Source: a virus
Strand: one strand, 5' to 3'
Length of the DNA stretch: 64,000 nucleotides
Virus record (IMG/VR): IMGVR_UViG_3300046787_000345
Location: 8,757-72,756 of that record
Shown: positions 8,277 through 17,724 of the stretch, in pieces
Position numbering within the stretch: position 1 is the stretch's first letter
How the letters are laid out: every line of letters begins with the position of its first letter
Translations under genes and position numbers: made by a program
Notes under the pieces: model-generated
The model's input: the letters and a program-made list of their open reading frames with translations, nothing else
Database searches by the model: none
What the model was told of the DNA's origin: nothing

Positions 8277-9929
8277 TTATTCAACTATTAAGTCAATTTT
8301 ATTACCCTTTGAATCAACCGCATCAGAAACTACAAAGAAGAATAATCCTGCAGTATTTGTTAGAGGTGTTTTAGGAGTAAATATTAATTTATATGGAGTT
8401 CCAACTTTAATTCTAGCAGTTTTCAATTGGTCAATAGAACCAAATGTTAATCTACCATCTTTATGAGTTGAAAAGTTAGTTATAGTACTTCCTGCATCAA
8501 ATATCACATTATCCAAAGTTAATTTAGATTCATCATAATTCATAATAACTTGTAAACCTGCCAATTCTGCTTTTGTTAAAGTAGTAGTCAATACAACTTT
8601 ACCACCTTCTAATGTAGATGTAATACCCAATTTCGCTTGTTCTACTGATAAAGTTCTATAACTCATCGAAACATTACTCATAGAACTAATTGAGTTTGTA
8701 GTTTTATTGTTTACTGCATTTGTAAATTGTCCTGCTGTTATTCTACTAGCAATTACCGCTGGGTCTGATGAATGTGACCAGTTCAAATCACCACCCCATG
8801 CAAATACTGCGTATACTTCTTTTATAGGGGTATCAATCAATACTCTATTTTTTACAACTCCATCTAACCAACTTTGATTTAATAAACCACTATACCATCT
8901 TACTGATGTTGAAGTTGGTGTTGGAATCATTGCGTTTGAATCCATATTCTGTCCCATTACATGTGCAAATAATGCGTATGAATCTCCTTCACCAAATGGA
9001 TTTTGATTATTAGTTACTTTACCAACTCTTCTTTCTAACGCAGGTAATGTAAAGAAGTTTGCAGTTCCACTAATATCAGTTTGTGAGTGTCCTAAGAATG
9101 CTTTATAAGCATCGGATACTGTTACAATATTGTTCATCCAAGTCTTTTGCATTGCAGGACCAACGAATACACCAACTGAATCACCAACTTTTACTTGTGT
9201 TGTGAAAAGTGCTTCACCGCTACCGTCTAATGGTAACTGTGCTATTGGCTGTCTACTCCAATCTATATCACCACTACCATCAGTTTTAAGATGCATTAAT
9301 TGAACATTGTGGTCGGTTATAGTGTATCCTTGTGGGAATAGAACTTTTACTTTAAATTGAGATGTATTACCCACAACACCATTTAATGATGACCAACCAC
9401 CACCATATATAGTTCCAACATTCGCACCTGTCGTATCAGTACCAGTTGCTAAATCTATTTTGAATATATTATTGTAAGTATTTTTATCTTTTAGAATATA
9501 TTTTTGAGTAGCAATTAAACCACTAATAGATGCATCTGCTCTTTGGACAGTTAATTGACCAACATTCCAATCGGAATTTACAGCATATCCCCACGGACTT
9601 AATCCATATTGAACATCTAAATCGTTATCACTCGCACCACCATTTGGTGTGAACTTATAATTTGTCCAACCTGTATAGAATGTTTGGGCAGATGAACCTT
9701 GATTAAACGTAGTAGATACATAAGTTAGTGCCTTATTATTAAATTGGTATCTAAACCAAAGGTAACGAGCATTTTTAATCACTTGTCCTTTTGTTAGATT
9801 ATATCTTACAGTAATTGTGTCACCTACTTTTAAACCAGTAGCAGGTGTTAAAGATTGACTGATTGTCAATTGTCCGAATGATGATAGTGATATTAAGAAT
9901 ATCCCCAAAAATACGATTAGTTTTTTCAT
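8277..9929 (-). CDS. Exported protein with degenerate dockerin-like and cohesin-like domains
   Basis: Signal peptide; VTVSDAYKAF...GDLNWSHS and C-terminal GLQVIMNYD...LTFGS, paralogous to the downstream gene. Confidence 0.6.
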   Translation of the reverse strand: MKKLIVFLGIFLISLSSFGQLTISQSLTPATGLKVGDTITVRYNLTKGQVIKNARYLWFRYQFNNKALTYVSTTFNQGSSAQTFYTGWTNYKFTPNGGASDNDLDVQYGLSPWGYAVNSDWNVGQLTVQRADASISGLIATQKYILKDKNTYNNIFKIDLATGTDTTGANVGTIYGGGWSSLNGVVGNTSQFKVKVLFPQGYTITDHNVQLMHLKTDGSGDIDWSRQPIAQLPLDGSGEALFTTQVKVGDSVGVFVGPAMQKTWMNNIVTVSDAYKAFLGHSQTDISGTANFFTLPALERRVGKVTNNQNPFGEGDSYALFAHVMGQNMDSNAMIPTPTSTSVRWYSGLLNQSWLDGVVKNRVLIDTPIKEVYAVFAWGGDLNWSHSSDPAVIASRITAGQFTNAVNNKTTNSISSMSNVSMSYRTLSVEQAKLGITSTLEGGKVVLTTTLTKAELAGLQVIMNYDESKLTLDNVIFDAGSTITNFSTHKDGRLTFGSIDQLKTARIKVGTPYKLIFTPKTPLTNTAGLFFFVVSDAVDSKGNKIDLIVE

Positions 9930-10429
9930 TTTGTTAAGTCCTTTATGATATTTTCACAAACTTTTTTTAATGCATTACTTGTTGATTGTTGATTAAATTT
10001 ACCATCAGTTCCTACAATTAAAGTTGAAGTTGATATTTCTTCACTTTCACCTTTTTGTACGGTCTTCTTAATACGTTTATCACCATCCCACAATTCTGCA
10101 GATGCAATAATTTGAGTTGTAGCAACACCTTTATGGAACACACTAATATTTGTTCCAACGTTTGCTACATCAAAAAACAATAACCTAACTTTAATTTTTA
10201 ATTTCGAGTCTTTTACTAATGGATATCCTAAATCCATTAAACTTTCTTCTATGATGTTTTTCACACCAAATGCAAGATTTTTATTTCCTGCTAAATTTCC
10301 TAATTTAATATCATTCACAACCTCACCTACACTAATTTGTGGTAGTTCGGTTTGTGCTTTTAATGATGTTGTTGTAAGTGCAAAAAATGCCACTAATAAA
10401 ATTGTAGTGAATTTTAAACCAATTTTCAT
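9926..10429 (-). CDS. Exported CsgG/FlgO-like alpha-beta protein
   Basis: Signal peptide; C-terminal KFNQQSTSNALKKVC resembles KFNQSTIGTSTKKALDIAC of 3197..3916. Confidence 0.5.
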   Translation of the reverse strand: MKIGLKFTTILLVAFFALTTTSLKAQTELPQISVGEVVNDIKLGNLAGNKNLAFGVKNIIEESLMDLGYPLVKDSKLKIKVRLLFFDVANVGTNISVFHKGVATTQIIASAELWDGDKRIKKTVQKGESEEISTSTLIVGTDGKFNQQSTSNALKKVCENIIKDLTK

Positions 10430-10508
10430 GTTACCTCCTAAGTAAGTTTAGGCGTAACCTTCATTAAAATAACGTGATTTACGAAACGAATTTGTGACGA
10501 GTGTCAGT

Positions 10509-10517
10509 AATAAGTAT
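10509..10517 (-). promoter_or_regulatory. Class-2 promoter motif ATACTTATT
   Basis: Lies after a terminator, ~80 nt upstream of the envelope cluster. Confidence 0.5.
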
Positions 10518-10528
10518 CAAATAGACAT

Positions 10529-10556
10529 AAAAAAACCCCACTATTAAGTGAGGTTT
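10529..10556 (-). terminator. Intrinsic terminator ending the glycosylation island
   Basis: Minus strand AAACCTCACT-TAAT-AGTGGGGTTT plus T-tract. Confidence 0.75.
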
Positions 10557-11437
10557 CCCAATTCTTCATTAAAATTTTCTTCTGCTATTTTCTTAAATTC
10601 CTCTCGTCTATCTAATATACTTATATTACTGATGTAATGAGTGTTGTTTCTATACCTATAATTCTCGCAAACTACTAAGTTTTTAATCTTATATTGTTGA
10701 ATGGTTATATCAGTTGTTTTCATTAATTTCTCAGCACCCCACATTACAAACGTATCCTCATATCCGTAGTGACTGAAAGAATTTGGTATTCCTACTCTTC
10801 GTAGTAAATCTCCACTTAAACAAGTGAACCAACCTCCAGCGAATTTAAATCGTGGTTGGTTTGGAAATGAGTTACTAACTGGTTCTAAACCAATTTCACC
10901 TTTGATACCCGAATCTAAATATGGGTCATTAGTTTTATGATAATTTAACGATTTGGTAATATAATTTTCATTTACTAAGCAATCCCAAGTTGAATCCCAT
11001 ATTCTAACAATTTCAGGAGTTAAAATTGAATAGTTTGTTTTTTCTGAAACTATCGGTAATATATTTTCGAAATATACCAATGTTCTTTCATCAAATATAA
11101 TATCAGTATCTAGCCAAATATAAAAATCAGCAGTATCTTGATGTATTAAAGTATGTTTTCGTTGAGATACACATCCTTTGATATTATCATCTATTTGAAA
11201 ATATTTAGCACACCAATCAACTCCATTTGATAATTTTAACATTTTATCTATGAAAAATTGTTTTGGTAATGATGATTGTTTCCAATCTACCATATCATCT
11301 GCTAAACACATTGTTACATCCAATACCCATTCATTAGTTTTATTAAGATAATACGATGCTTTACGAAGTTGGGTTAGTGTATTTTCCAACTCATCGATTT
11401 CGTGCGGTAATGCAAATATTGATATTACTATTCTCAT
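10544..11437 (-). CDS. GT-A fold glycosyltransferase-like protein
   Basis: WLDTDIIF (DxD), GGWF, YGYED motifs. Confidence 0.65.
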   Translation of the reverse strand: MRIVISIFALPHEIDELENTLTQLRKASYYLNKTNEWVLDVTMCLADDMVDWKQSSLPKQFFIDKMLKLSNGVDWCAKYFQIDDNIKGCVSQRKHTLIHQDTADFYIWLDTDIIFDERTLVYFENILPIVSEKTNYSILTPEIVRIWDSTWDCLVNENYITKSLNYHKTNDPYLDSGIKGEIGLEPVSNSFPNQPRFKFAGGWFTCLSGDLLRRVGIPNSFSHYGYEDTFVMWGAEKLMKTTDITIQQYKIKNLVVCENYRYRNNTHYISNISILDRREEFKKIAEENFNEELGNLT

Positions 11438-12231
11438 TTATATAACTCTATTATTTCTTGTTTGATTTTAGGGTCTCTATCGTACTGATGAACTATTACA
11501 AATTCATCACCATTTTGATTGTAGAACTTACCATCTCTATAAATAGGAGTTGGTTCTAAAATTGGTAATTCATCTTTTTTACACCAAACTGTTCCTAATT
11601 GTGTTACAAATCCTTTTTCTTGATTAACAAGTTGTGTAGATGTTCTAAATTGTTCTAAATTTATAAGAACATTGAATGCTGCCTGGTCAGATAGTTGGTC
11701 TGGATTAGCAGTTGTCTTACTCCATCTATAAATTTGAATAAATAAATCTCTAATAGATTCCAAATCACCTACAATTGTTCCAGCACAATAACTAATTTTT
11801 TCACTCAATCCTAACTGCCATTCCATAGGAAATGATGAACCAGTATTTACTACAGCCCACGGGTCATCTTTAAGTTTAACACATTCTGAAAAAGCAAATA
11901 ATTTAGTAAATGAACTATTATCTTCAATCCAACCAATTGGATTTTTTTGAAATATAACATCTTTTACATCGGTCCAAATAATCCAATCAGTTTTATACTG
12001 ATTAAGAATTACATACATATCTCTAAATCGTTGTAAAATTATATGTTCTTGTAATTCAGATTGGAATAATATCCAACCTTTCTTTGTTAGATATTCAATA
12101 ACATCGGTAGATACATCGTAAATCAACATTACCTTATCACCATTGAACCCACTTTTCTCAACCGATTCTATATATGGTCTGATATCATCTACTCCGTATT
12201 TGGTTATACAACCTACTATTGTGTATTTCAT
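11434..12231 (-). CDS. GT-A fold glycosyltransferase-like protein
   Basis: WTDVKDVIFQ, DQAAFN, VHQYDR. Confidence 0.65.
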   Translation of the reverse strand: MKYTIVGCITKYGVDDIRPYIESVEKSGFNGDKVMLIYDVSTDVIEYLTKKGWILFQSELQEHIILQRFRDMYVILNQYKTDWIIWTDVKDVIFQKNPIGWIEDNSSFTKLFAFSECVKLKDDPWAVVNTGSSFPMEWQLGLSEKISYCAGTIVGDLESIRDLFIQIYRWSKTTANPDQLSDQAAFNVLINLEQFRTSTQLVNQEKGFVTQLGTVWCKKDELPILEPTPIYRDGKFYNQNGDEFVIVHQYDRDPKIKQEIIELYK

Positions 12232-12237
12232 TATAAC

Positions 12238-12921
12238 TTATTTTCTTGCATATAACATACCAGTTGTACCGGCACCATCAAAGTCAATTTTAACCTCAAA
12301 TCCTGCTGATTGTATTTTTGATACCAATCCCACAACTTTTAAATCAGTTGGTGGGTTATGAAATTCTATTGCAATTTTATCTATTTTAGTACTCAATGTA
12401 TCAATATCAATTGCTTCAAATATTTCGTATTCAGCACCTTCACAATCTACTTTAAAATAATTTATTTTGTCATGCGGTTTTAAAACATCATTTATATTAT
12501 AAACTTGAACTTCATATGATGATTTAATTGTATTAGGACTCATTTCAGAATGTAATGAGGACCTACCAGGAAAATTGTTTTCGTAAAAGGTAACGATACC
12601 ATTCTTATTCGATACTGCCGCCTGATTTAGTTCAACATTCGGTATATTTAATTTTTTAAAAAACCCAATTAATTTTGGGTTAGGTTCATAACCAACTATT
12701 TTAGATGGATTGTATTGTAATGCATCTAAACTAAATAATCCAAAATTTACTCCAATATCAATTACAACATCACCTTCTTCGATTGATACGAAATCATTGT
12801 TGTAGACATTTAAATTTATAATTTCATTTAATATGTAATTAATATCCATTTTATCGGTATCCGATAATTCAGATTGAATCGTTTCTAAGTATTTATCGAA
12901 ATGTTCTCTATTATTTTTCAT
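12238..12921 (-). CDS. FkbM-family methyltransferase
   Basis: VIDIGVNFG, YEPN, KVDCEGAE. Confidence 0.9.
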   Translation of the reverse strand: MKNNREHFDKYLETIQSELSDTDKMDINYILNEIINLNVYNNDFVSIEEGDVVIDIGVNFGLFSLDALQYNPSKIVGYEPNPKLIGFFKKLNIPNVELNQAAVSNKNGIVTFYENNFPGRSSLHSEMSPNTIKSSYEVQVYNINDVLKPHDKINYFKVDCEGAEYEIFEAIDIDTLSTKIDKIAIEFHNPPTDLKVVGLVSKIQSAGFEVKIDFDGAGTTGMLYARK

Positions 12922-13531
12922 AGTACCAGCATTGGTTATTTGTAATTACATTTAAATTATTTTTATCAGCATATGTTTTAACGGCACGTTCAACATCACC
13001 ATTTGGCCAAAGATAATCATCACCACATAAAACAGCGTTTGGCCAGTATTTTCCAGCGGTTTCGATATCATATAATACATGCTCATAATCATGATGTGCA
13101 TCTATATAAATCAAATCAAATGGTATATCTAATTTACTAAGTAAATCCAATCCTTCATTTGTTTTTTTTCTAATAGGAGTTAAACGATTGCGATATTCCC
13201 AATTATTTACCAAAAAAATTTCCCATAAATTAGATATTTCATCATACAATTCCATTGCAGCTTCTCTATCAAATGAACTTTGTATATGGTCTTCTATATC
13301 AGTACTCCAATGGTCTACACAAACTAAATGGGCATTGGGTGAGTTTTTTAAAATAAAATTAGTAGAACCAATTCCAGTCCAACTACCCATTTCTAAAATA
13401 AAAGATGGGTTTATTTTTTTAATTAATTTTCGTAATACCTCAGCGTTTTGTTCACAAAACCAATTGTGTGAACTTGGTATTATTGTCGGTTTTTCAGTTG
13501 GCCACTGAAATAAGTTATTAATTTTATCCAT
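12911..13531 (-). CDS. Class I SAM methyltransferase (Methyltransf_24-like)
   Basis: ILEMGSWTG, FDLIYIDAHHDY, CGDDY. Confidence 0.85.
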   Translation of the reverse strand: MDKINNLFQWPTEKPTIIPSSHNWFCEQNAEVLRKLIKKINPSFILEMGSWTGIGSTNFILKNSPNAHLVCVDHWSTDIEDHIQSSFDREAAMELYDEISNLWEIFLVNNWEYRNRLTPIRKKTNEGLDLLSKLDIPFDLIYIDAHHDYEHVLYDIETAGKYWPNAVLCGDDYLWPNGDVERAVKTYADKNNLNVITNNQCWYYEK

Positions 13532-14256
13532 TATAATTTATTTTTGTAATCTAAATATTTTTTATAATCAGTTTGGTTATAAAATTCTTTCCATTGGTGG
13601 TCGAATACTGCGTTTGACCTAAATATTCCACTTGCAGTTTCAGATAACCCATCCCATTCTGAATAACTATATCCATTTAAATGTAATAATGCTGAAATTA
13701 GAACATCCCCATGTCTTGTTATTCGTCTATCCAAACTATTTAAGTAATCCGTAGTATATTCATCTTTAATTATAGATTCAATTGATTTAACCATAGCATC
13801 CATTTTAACAATACTACCACCGCACATATTGTATTTAATATCATGTGGATTTACATTTGGATATTTGTGTAATATCAATAAACAAAAGTTGTCATGAAAT
13901 TGATGACCTACTACACCACCAGAATCTTTTTTTGGAAATACTATGTTATTGTGTAATGTATTTACATCTTCTTCTAAAAACAATAACCATTCATTTGGAA
14001 ATGTTTTACAAGTTAATAATATTCGTTCTAAATAATTATACCAATTATCATCACCCAATCCTTTCGGTGATATATTAATATCCCAATGTGTATATTTTAG
14101 GTTGAACTTATTTTGAAATTCAGCAAAATTATAACCGTTATCTCCATGTAAATATATAGGTGTATTTGGAAAATTTAAACGAAATCTTCGGATACATTCC
14201 TCTACTGCTATTTGATTATTATGAACCTGAAGATGCGTGGTTATATTATTTACCAT
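13531..14256 (-). CDS. Putative glycosyltransferase-like protein
   Basis: WLLFLEEDV, CGGSI; lies within the GT cluster; likely start ATG 14256. Confidence 0.5.
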   Translation of the reverse strand: MVNNITTHLQVHNNQIAVEECIRRFRLNFPNTPIYLHGDNGYNFAEFQNKFNLKYTHWDINISPKGLGDDNWYNYLERILLTCKTFPNEWLLFLEEDVNTLHNNIVFPKKDSGGVVGHQFHDNFCLLILHKYPNVNPHDIKYNMCGGSIVKMDAMVKSIESIIKDEYTTDYLNSLDRRITRHGDVLISALLHLNGYSYSEWDGLSETASGIFRSNAVFDHQWKEFYNQTDYKKYLDYKNKL

Positions 14257-15001
14257 ATTTTTGCCAGTCGTTGTGTTTGAATAACCCCTCACCATGTGCT
14301 ACACCAAAGTTTTGTCTTGGCCACCAGTAAGCAATCTTTCTTTCTAAATCGATACCCTCACCCATAAATGGTTCTATTACATTTAAGTAAAATTCTTTTT
14401 TGTATAAACAAGGATTATTAGTCCAATTACCATATCTTGAACTTGTTAAAAAGTATTCACCAAATTGACCTATTTGTTCAGGAAATTCTTTTTTAGGGTC
14501 ACACCAATGTACTGAATCTAAAAGATGCGGTGATTGTATTTCATGCCAATCATCATAGTAAGTAAGTTCCTTACCTTTATATTGAAATGAGAAATGTGGG
14601 TGACCGGGTTCGTTTCTGTGTCTATATCTTACTACATCAACACTTCCACCTAATAACTCTAATCCAGATAATAATCTATCATAAGTAGTTGCTCTATCTT
14701 CGATTAGATTCCAATCATGCTCTAAAATTAAAACGTGCTCTGATTGTGCTGTTTCGGTTAAACGTTTAAATGCTTTTCCAATACCAATATTTTTCTGTAA
14801 TCCAATACAATCAATTCCAAAATGAGATGCAATCTGATAATCTTGTTCGGTTACTTCTTGAAAAAGAATAGTAACATCGTTTACCATATCCAACAACCCA
14901 TTTTGGTAATAAGTTGTCAACGTGTCTACCAGTACTTGACCGGAATGCCATGCAAGTATTCCAATTGAAATTGGTAGTTTATTTGTAGTATTGTTTGACA
15001 T
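14246..15001 (-). CDS. GT2-like glycosyltransferase
   Basis: ISIGIL, NIGIG, ILEHDW, WTNNP. Confidence 0.6.
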   Translation of the reverse strand: MSNNTTNKLPISIGILAWHSGQVLVDTLTTYYQNGLLDMVNDVTILFQEVTEQDYQIASHFGIDCIGLQKNIGIGKAFKRLTETAQSEHVLILEHDWNLIEDRATTYDRLLSGLELLGGSVDVVRYRHRNEPGHPHFSFQYKGKELTYYDDWHEIQSPHLLDSVHWCDPKKEFPEQIGQFGEYFLTSSRYGNWTNNPCLYKKEFYLNVIEPFMGEGIDLERKIAYWWPRQNFGVAHGEGLFKHNDWQKYGK

Positions 15002-15731
15002 GATTCCAAATTTGTTTTATGATATTTTTTTTATTCGTATGACCACCCATTTTACTACCAGTAAAATGCCAGATGTATGAATCATTTATAAATTCACCAT
15101 CATCGTATTTACTCATCACCATATTGTTCCACTCCCACCCTAAGAATTTTATATCTTTTGGTAGATACCCATCGTCATCTACATACAAATCATACATAAT
15201 AATGTTTACAGGTGTTTGTTCACATGCATTAGGACCAGTTGGACCTACTTTATAGAATGATGACCAATACTCATGATATTTTGGTATTTCGTTTCTAATT
15301 GCTAAATACTTTTCTTTTGATAAAAATACAAAACCAGTATTACAATAGTTGACTGGTGGAGTTTTTATATTTGGGTTTAAATCTACCCATTGGTTTAAAT
15401 GATATTTACCGACTTGTGGACCTCCGGCATCTCTAATCATACACATCGTATAATCCTTAGCAACTTCAAAGATGTTAGGTGCATCCCAACGAATCATAGT
15501 ATCGGAATCAATTAGAATAACTTTATCGTAATCTAATTCAACTAATCTTTCATCATACCACGGCTCAAAACATCCATTACCCCACGGCTCAAATTCATAT
15601 TCTTTTTCTTCGTTTGCTATGATTAATTGAATATCCCATTTATTACAATAATATTTCCAACTTTCAATACCTTCAGGCCATTCTTTATCAAATCCATTAT
15701 ATGCAGGAATGAATATTATATTTTTACTCAT
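14979..15731 (-). CDS. GT-A glycosyltransferase (GT8/GT34-like)
   Basis: ILIDSDTMI, NTGF, EQT..N, WN, HFTG. Confidence 0.75.
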   Translation of the reverse strand: MSKNIIFIPAYNGFDKEWPEGIESWKYYCNKWDIQLIIANEEKEYEFEPWGNGCFEPWYDERLVELDYDKVILIDSDTMIRWDAPNIFEVAKDYTMCMIRDAGGPQVGKYHLNQWVDLNPNIKTPPVNYCNTGFVFLSKEKYLAIRNEIPKYHEYWSSFYKVGPTGPNACEQTPVNIIMYDLYVDDDGYLPKDIKFLGWEWNNMVMSKYDDGEFINDSYIWHFTGSKMGGHTNKKNIIKQIWNHVKQYYK

Positions 15732-16576
15732 AAACTTTGTATATATTCTTTTAATCTATCTTTGGGTTTCCAATTTAATCTGATTAGAGTATCATCATTT
15801 TCCCTAAGTGTTTTACGATAATTTCCATGTTGGTCTGGAATATGTACTTTATCTACTCCAAATTTATTTTTAAACAATTCATATACTTCATTTATAGAAT
15901 AGTTTGTTCCAGTTCCCAATTCCCAAGCATCTTCATGTGATTCAGAACTCATTCCTATTTTATATAAACCATCTACTATATCTTCAACGTGAGTAAAATC
16001 TCTACGTTGTTCACCATCACCCACAATTGTAATTGGTTCATTATCACGTGTTTGTCTTCTCCATATTCCAATCACTGCTGCCCAATCACCATCTACAATT
16101 TCATTTGGTCCATATACATTATAAAATCTTGCAATCTCTGCATTTAGTCCATATACTTTTTTATACATTTTAAGAATTTCTTCTCCAATGTGTTTATAAC
16201 ATGCGTAAGGTGATTGATATGGATTGTGCCAACGAGATGATGAACCTGCGTAAATTAATTTTACATTATTATGTCTTGCAAATTCACAAACTGCTTCAGT
16301 TCCCCTACTATTTACTCTAAAAGTTTCAACCGGATTTTCAAACGATGGTTGGATTCTACTTAATGCTGCTAAGTGGTAAACTATATCAAAGGAATCCCCT
16401 TCCCAATATTCAAGTTGTTCTATGTCTCCACTTATGTAATTACATCCTTCTATATGATTTTCTCTTAAACCACTATCGTAATTATCTAATGAATGAACTG
16501 AATGACCTTCAGTTAGTAATCGTTTTATAAGATTTGTACCTACAAACCCTGCACCACCTGTAACTAATATTTTCAT
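15728..16576 (-). CDS. NAD-dependent sugar-nucleotide epimerase/dehydratase
   Basis: VTGGAGFVG, YxxxK (YACYK), RFYNVYGP, RDFTHVED. Confidence 0.92.
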   Translation of the reverse strand: MKILVTGGAGFVGTNLIKRLLTEGHSVHSLDNYDSGLRENHIEGCNYISGDIEQLEYWEGDSFDIVYHLAALSRIQPSFENPVETFRVNSRGTEAVCEFARHNNVKLIYAGSSSRWHNPYQSPYACYKHIGEEILKMYKKVYGLNAEIARFYNVYGPNEIVDGDWAAVIGIWRRQTRDNEPITIVGDGEQRRDFTHVEDIVDGLYKIGMSSESHEDAWELGTGTNYSINEVYELFKNKFGVDKVHIPDQHGNYRKTLRENDDTLIRLNWKPKDRLKEYIQSL

Positions 16577-16577
16577 A

Positions 16578-17210
16578 CTATTTTTGTAATTCAGAATAAT
16601 AATTATTTTGTTTCTCCTGTCTTACTATATCTTTATGGTGATATAATGAGAATTGTTCTTCTGCAGGGAAATTTGAGAATGTGTTATAACCAGTAATTTG
16701 TTCGTGAACTTTATTCATCCAAACTACATCATCGGTATTCTTATAAATTCTTGTTTGATAATCTGGATAATTTACCCATCCTTTTTCGTTCACCTTCCAT
16801 CCCCATTTTTGAATATGGGAATCAGTTAAACCATTGACTGTATTTACGCGTGGTACAAATACAATATCTACACTATTGGTATCTAATACTTCACCTAAAA
16901 TTTCAATTAGGTACTCATGTGGAATTTCATCTGCATCGATTTGAAAGATATAATCTTTACTACAATGTGATTTTAAATTATTCTTAAATGATGCGAAATC
17001 ATTATCTAATGAAAATGATATAACTTTATATTCATTATGTAATAGATTCATTACATTTAGATATTCTTTTACTTCTTGAGTTGCAGAAGATGAATCATAT
17101 TGAATTACGATTTCATCTTCTTCTCTAATATGTAATTGTAAAAAGTTTAATAATGTAGTTATTTCTTCTAACTCATTACAAACTGTAATTGCGTAACTGA
17201 TACTAGCCAT
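16578..17210 (-). CDS. GT2 glycosyltransferase
   Basis: FQIDADE, PDYQTR, VHE motifs. Confidence 0.85.
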   Translation of the reverse strand: MASISYAITVCNELEEITTLLNFLQLHIREEDEIVIQYDSSSATQEVKEYLNVMNLLHNEYKVISFSLDNDFASFKNNLKSHCSKDYIFQIDADEIPHEYLIEILGEVLDTNSVDIVFVPRVNTVNGLTDSHIQKWGWKVNEKGWVNYPDYQTRIYKNTDDVVWMNKVHEQITGYNTFSNFPAEEQFSLYHHKDIVRQEKQNNYYSELQK

Positions 17211-17724
17211 CGTTTTCGTTTATTTCTTTTTTAATAACTTCTCTTCTATTGGAAGGAGTAGTTCCTTCCTTAAATATATCTTGTAAAAACCCATCTTCAA
17301 ATCTAATTTCCCATGCGTTTTGTATTTTATCGATAAAATATGTTCTATAATTATCTAACATAGGTGAATAAATTTTTGGATTATTTTTTACATATCCCTC
17401 AAATAATTGTCTACCATCTCTTGGGAATAATTTTAGTATTTCACTAAGTGGTTGAGTTTTTTCAATAGGTTTAGCTTTGTTTCGTAACTTATTTAAAAAA
17501 GTTATAAAATTATCAGGAAGTATCTGATTTAATAATAGACAATGTATCTTATTATTGAGTTTACCAATAACAAAAACATAACGAGATTCTAATCCCACTT
17601 TAGTTGGAGGAACGCCATCTTTGTATGTTGAAATACGATAAATGTTACAAGGTAAAATTTGATTCTTACCAACTCTAATTTCAGGAGTTAAAATTTGTTT
17701 GTATTGTTGGGTAAATAATCTCAT
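17203..17724 (-). CDS. Hypothetical protein
   Basis: 173-aa ORF translationally coupled to its neighbours. Confidence 0.6.
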   Translation of the reverse strand: MRLFTQQYKQILTPEIRVGKNQILPCNIYRISTYKDGVPPTKVGLESRYVFVIGKLNNKIHCLLLNQILPDNFITFLNKLRNKAKPIEKTQPLSEILKLFPRDGRQLFEGYVKNNPKIYSPMLDNYRTYFIDKIQNAWEIRFEDGFLQDIFKEGTTPSNRREVIKKEINENDG

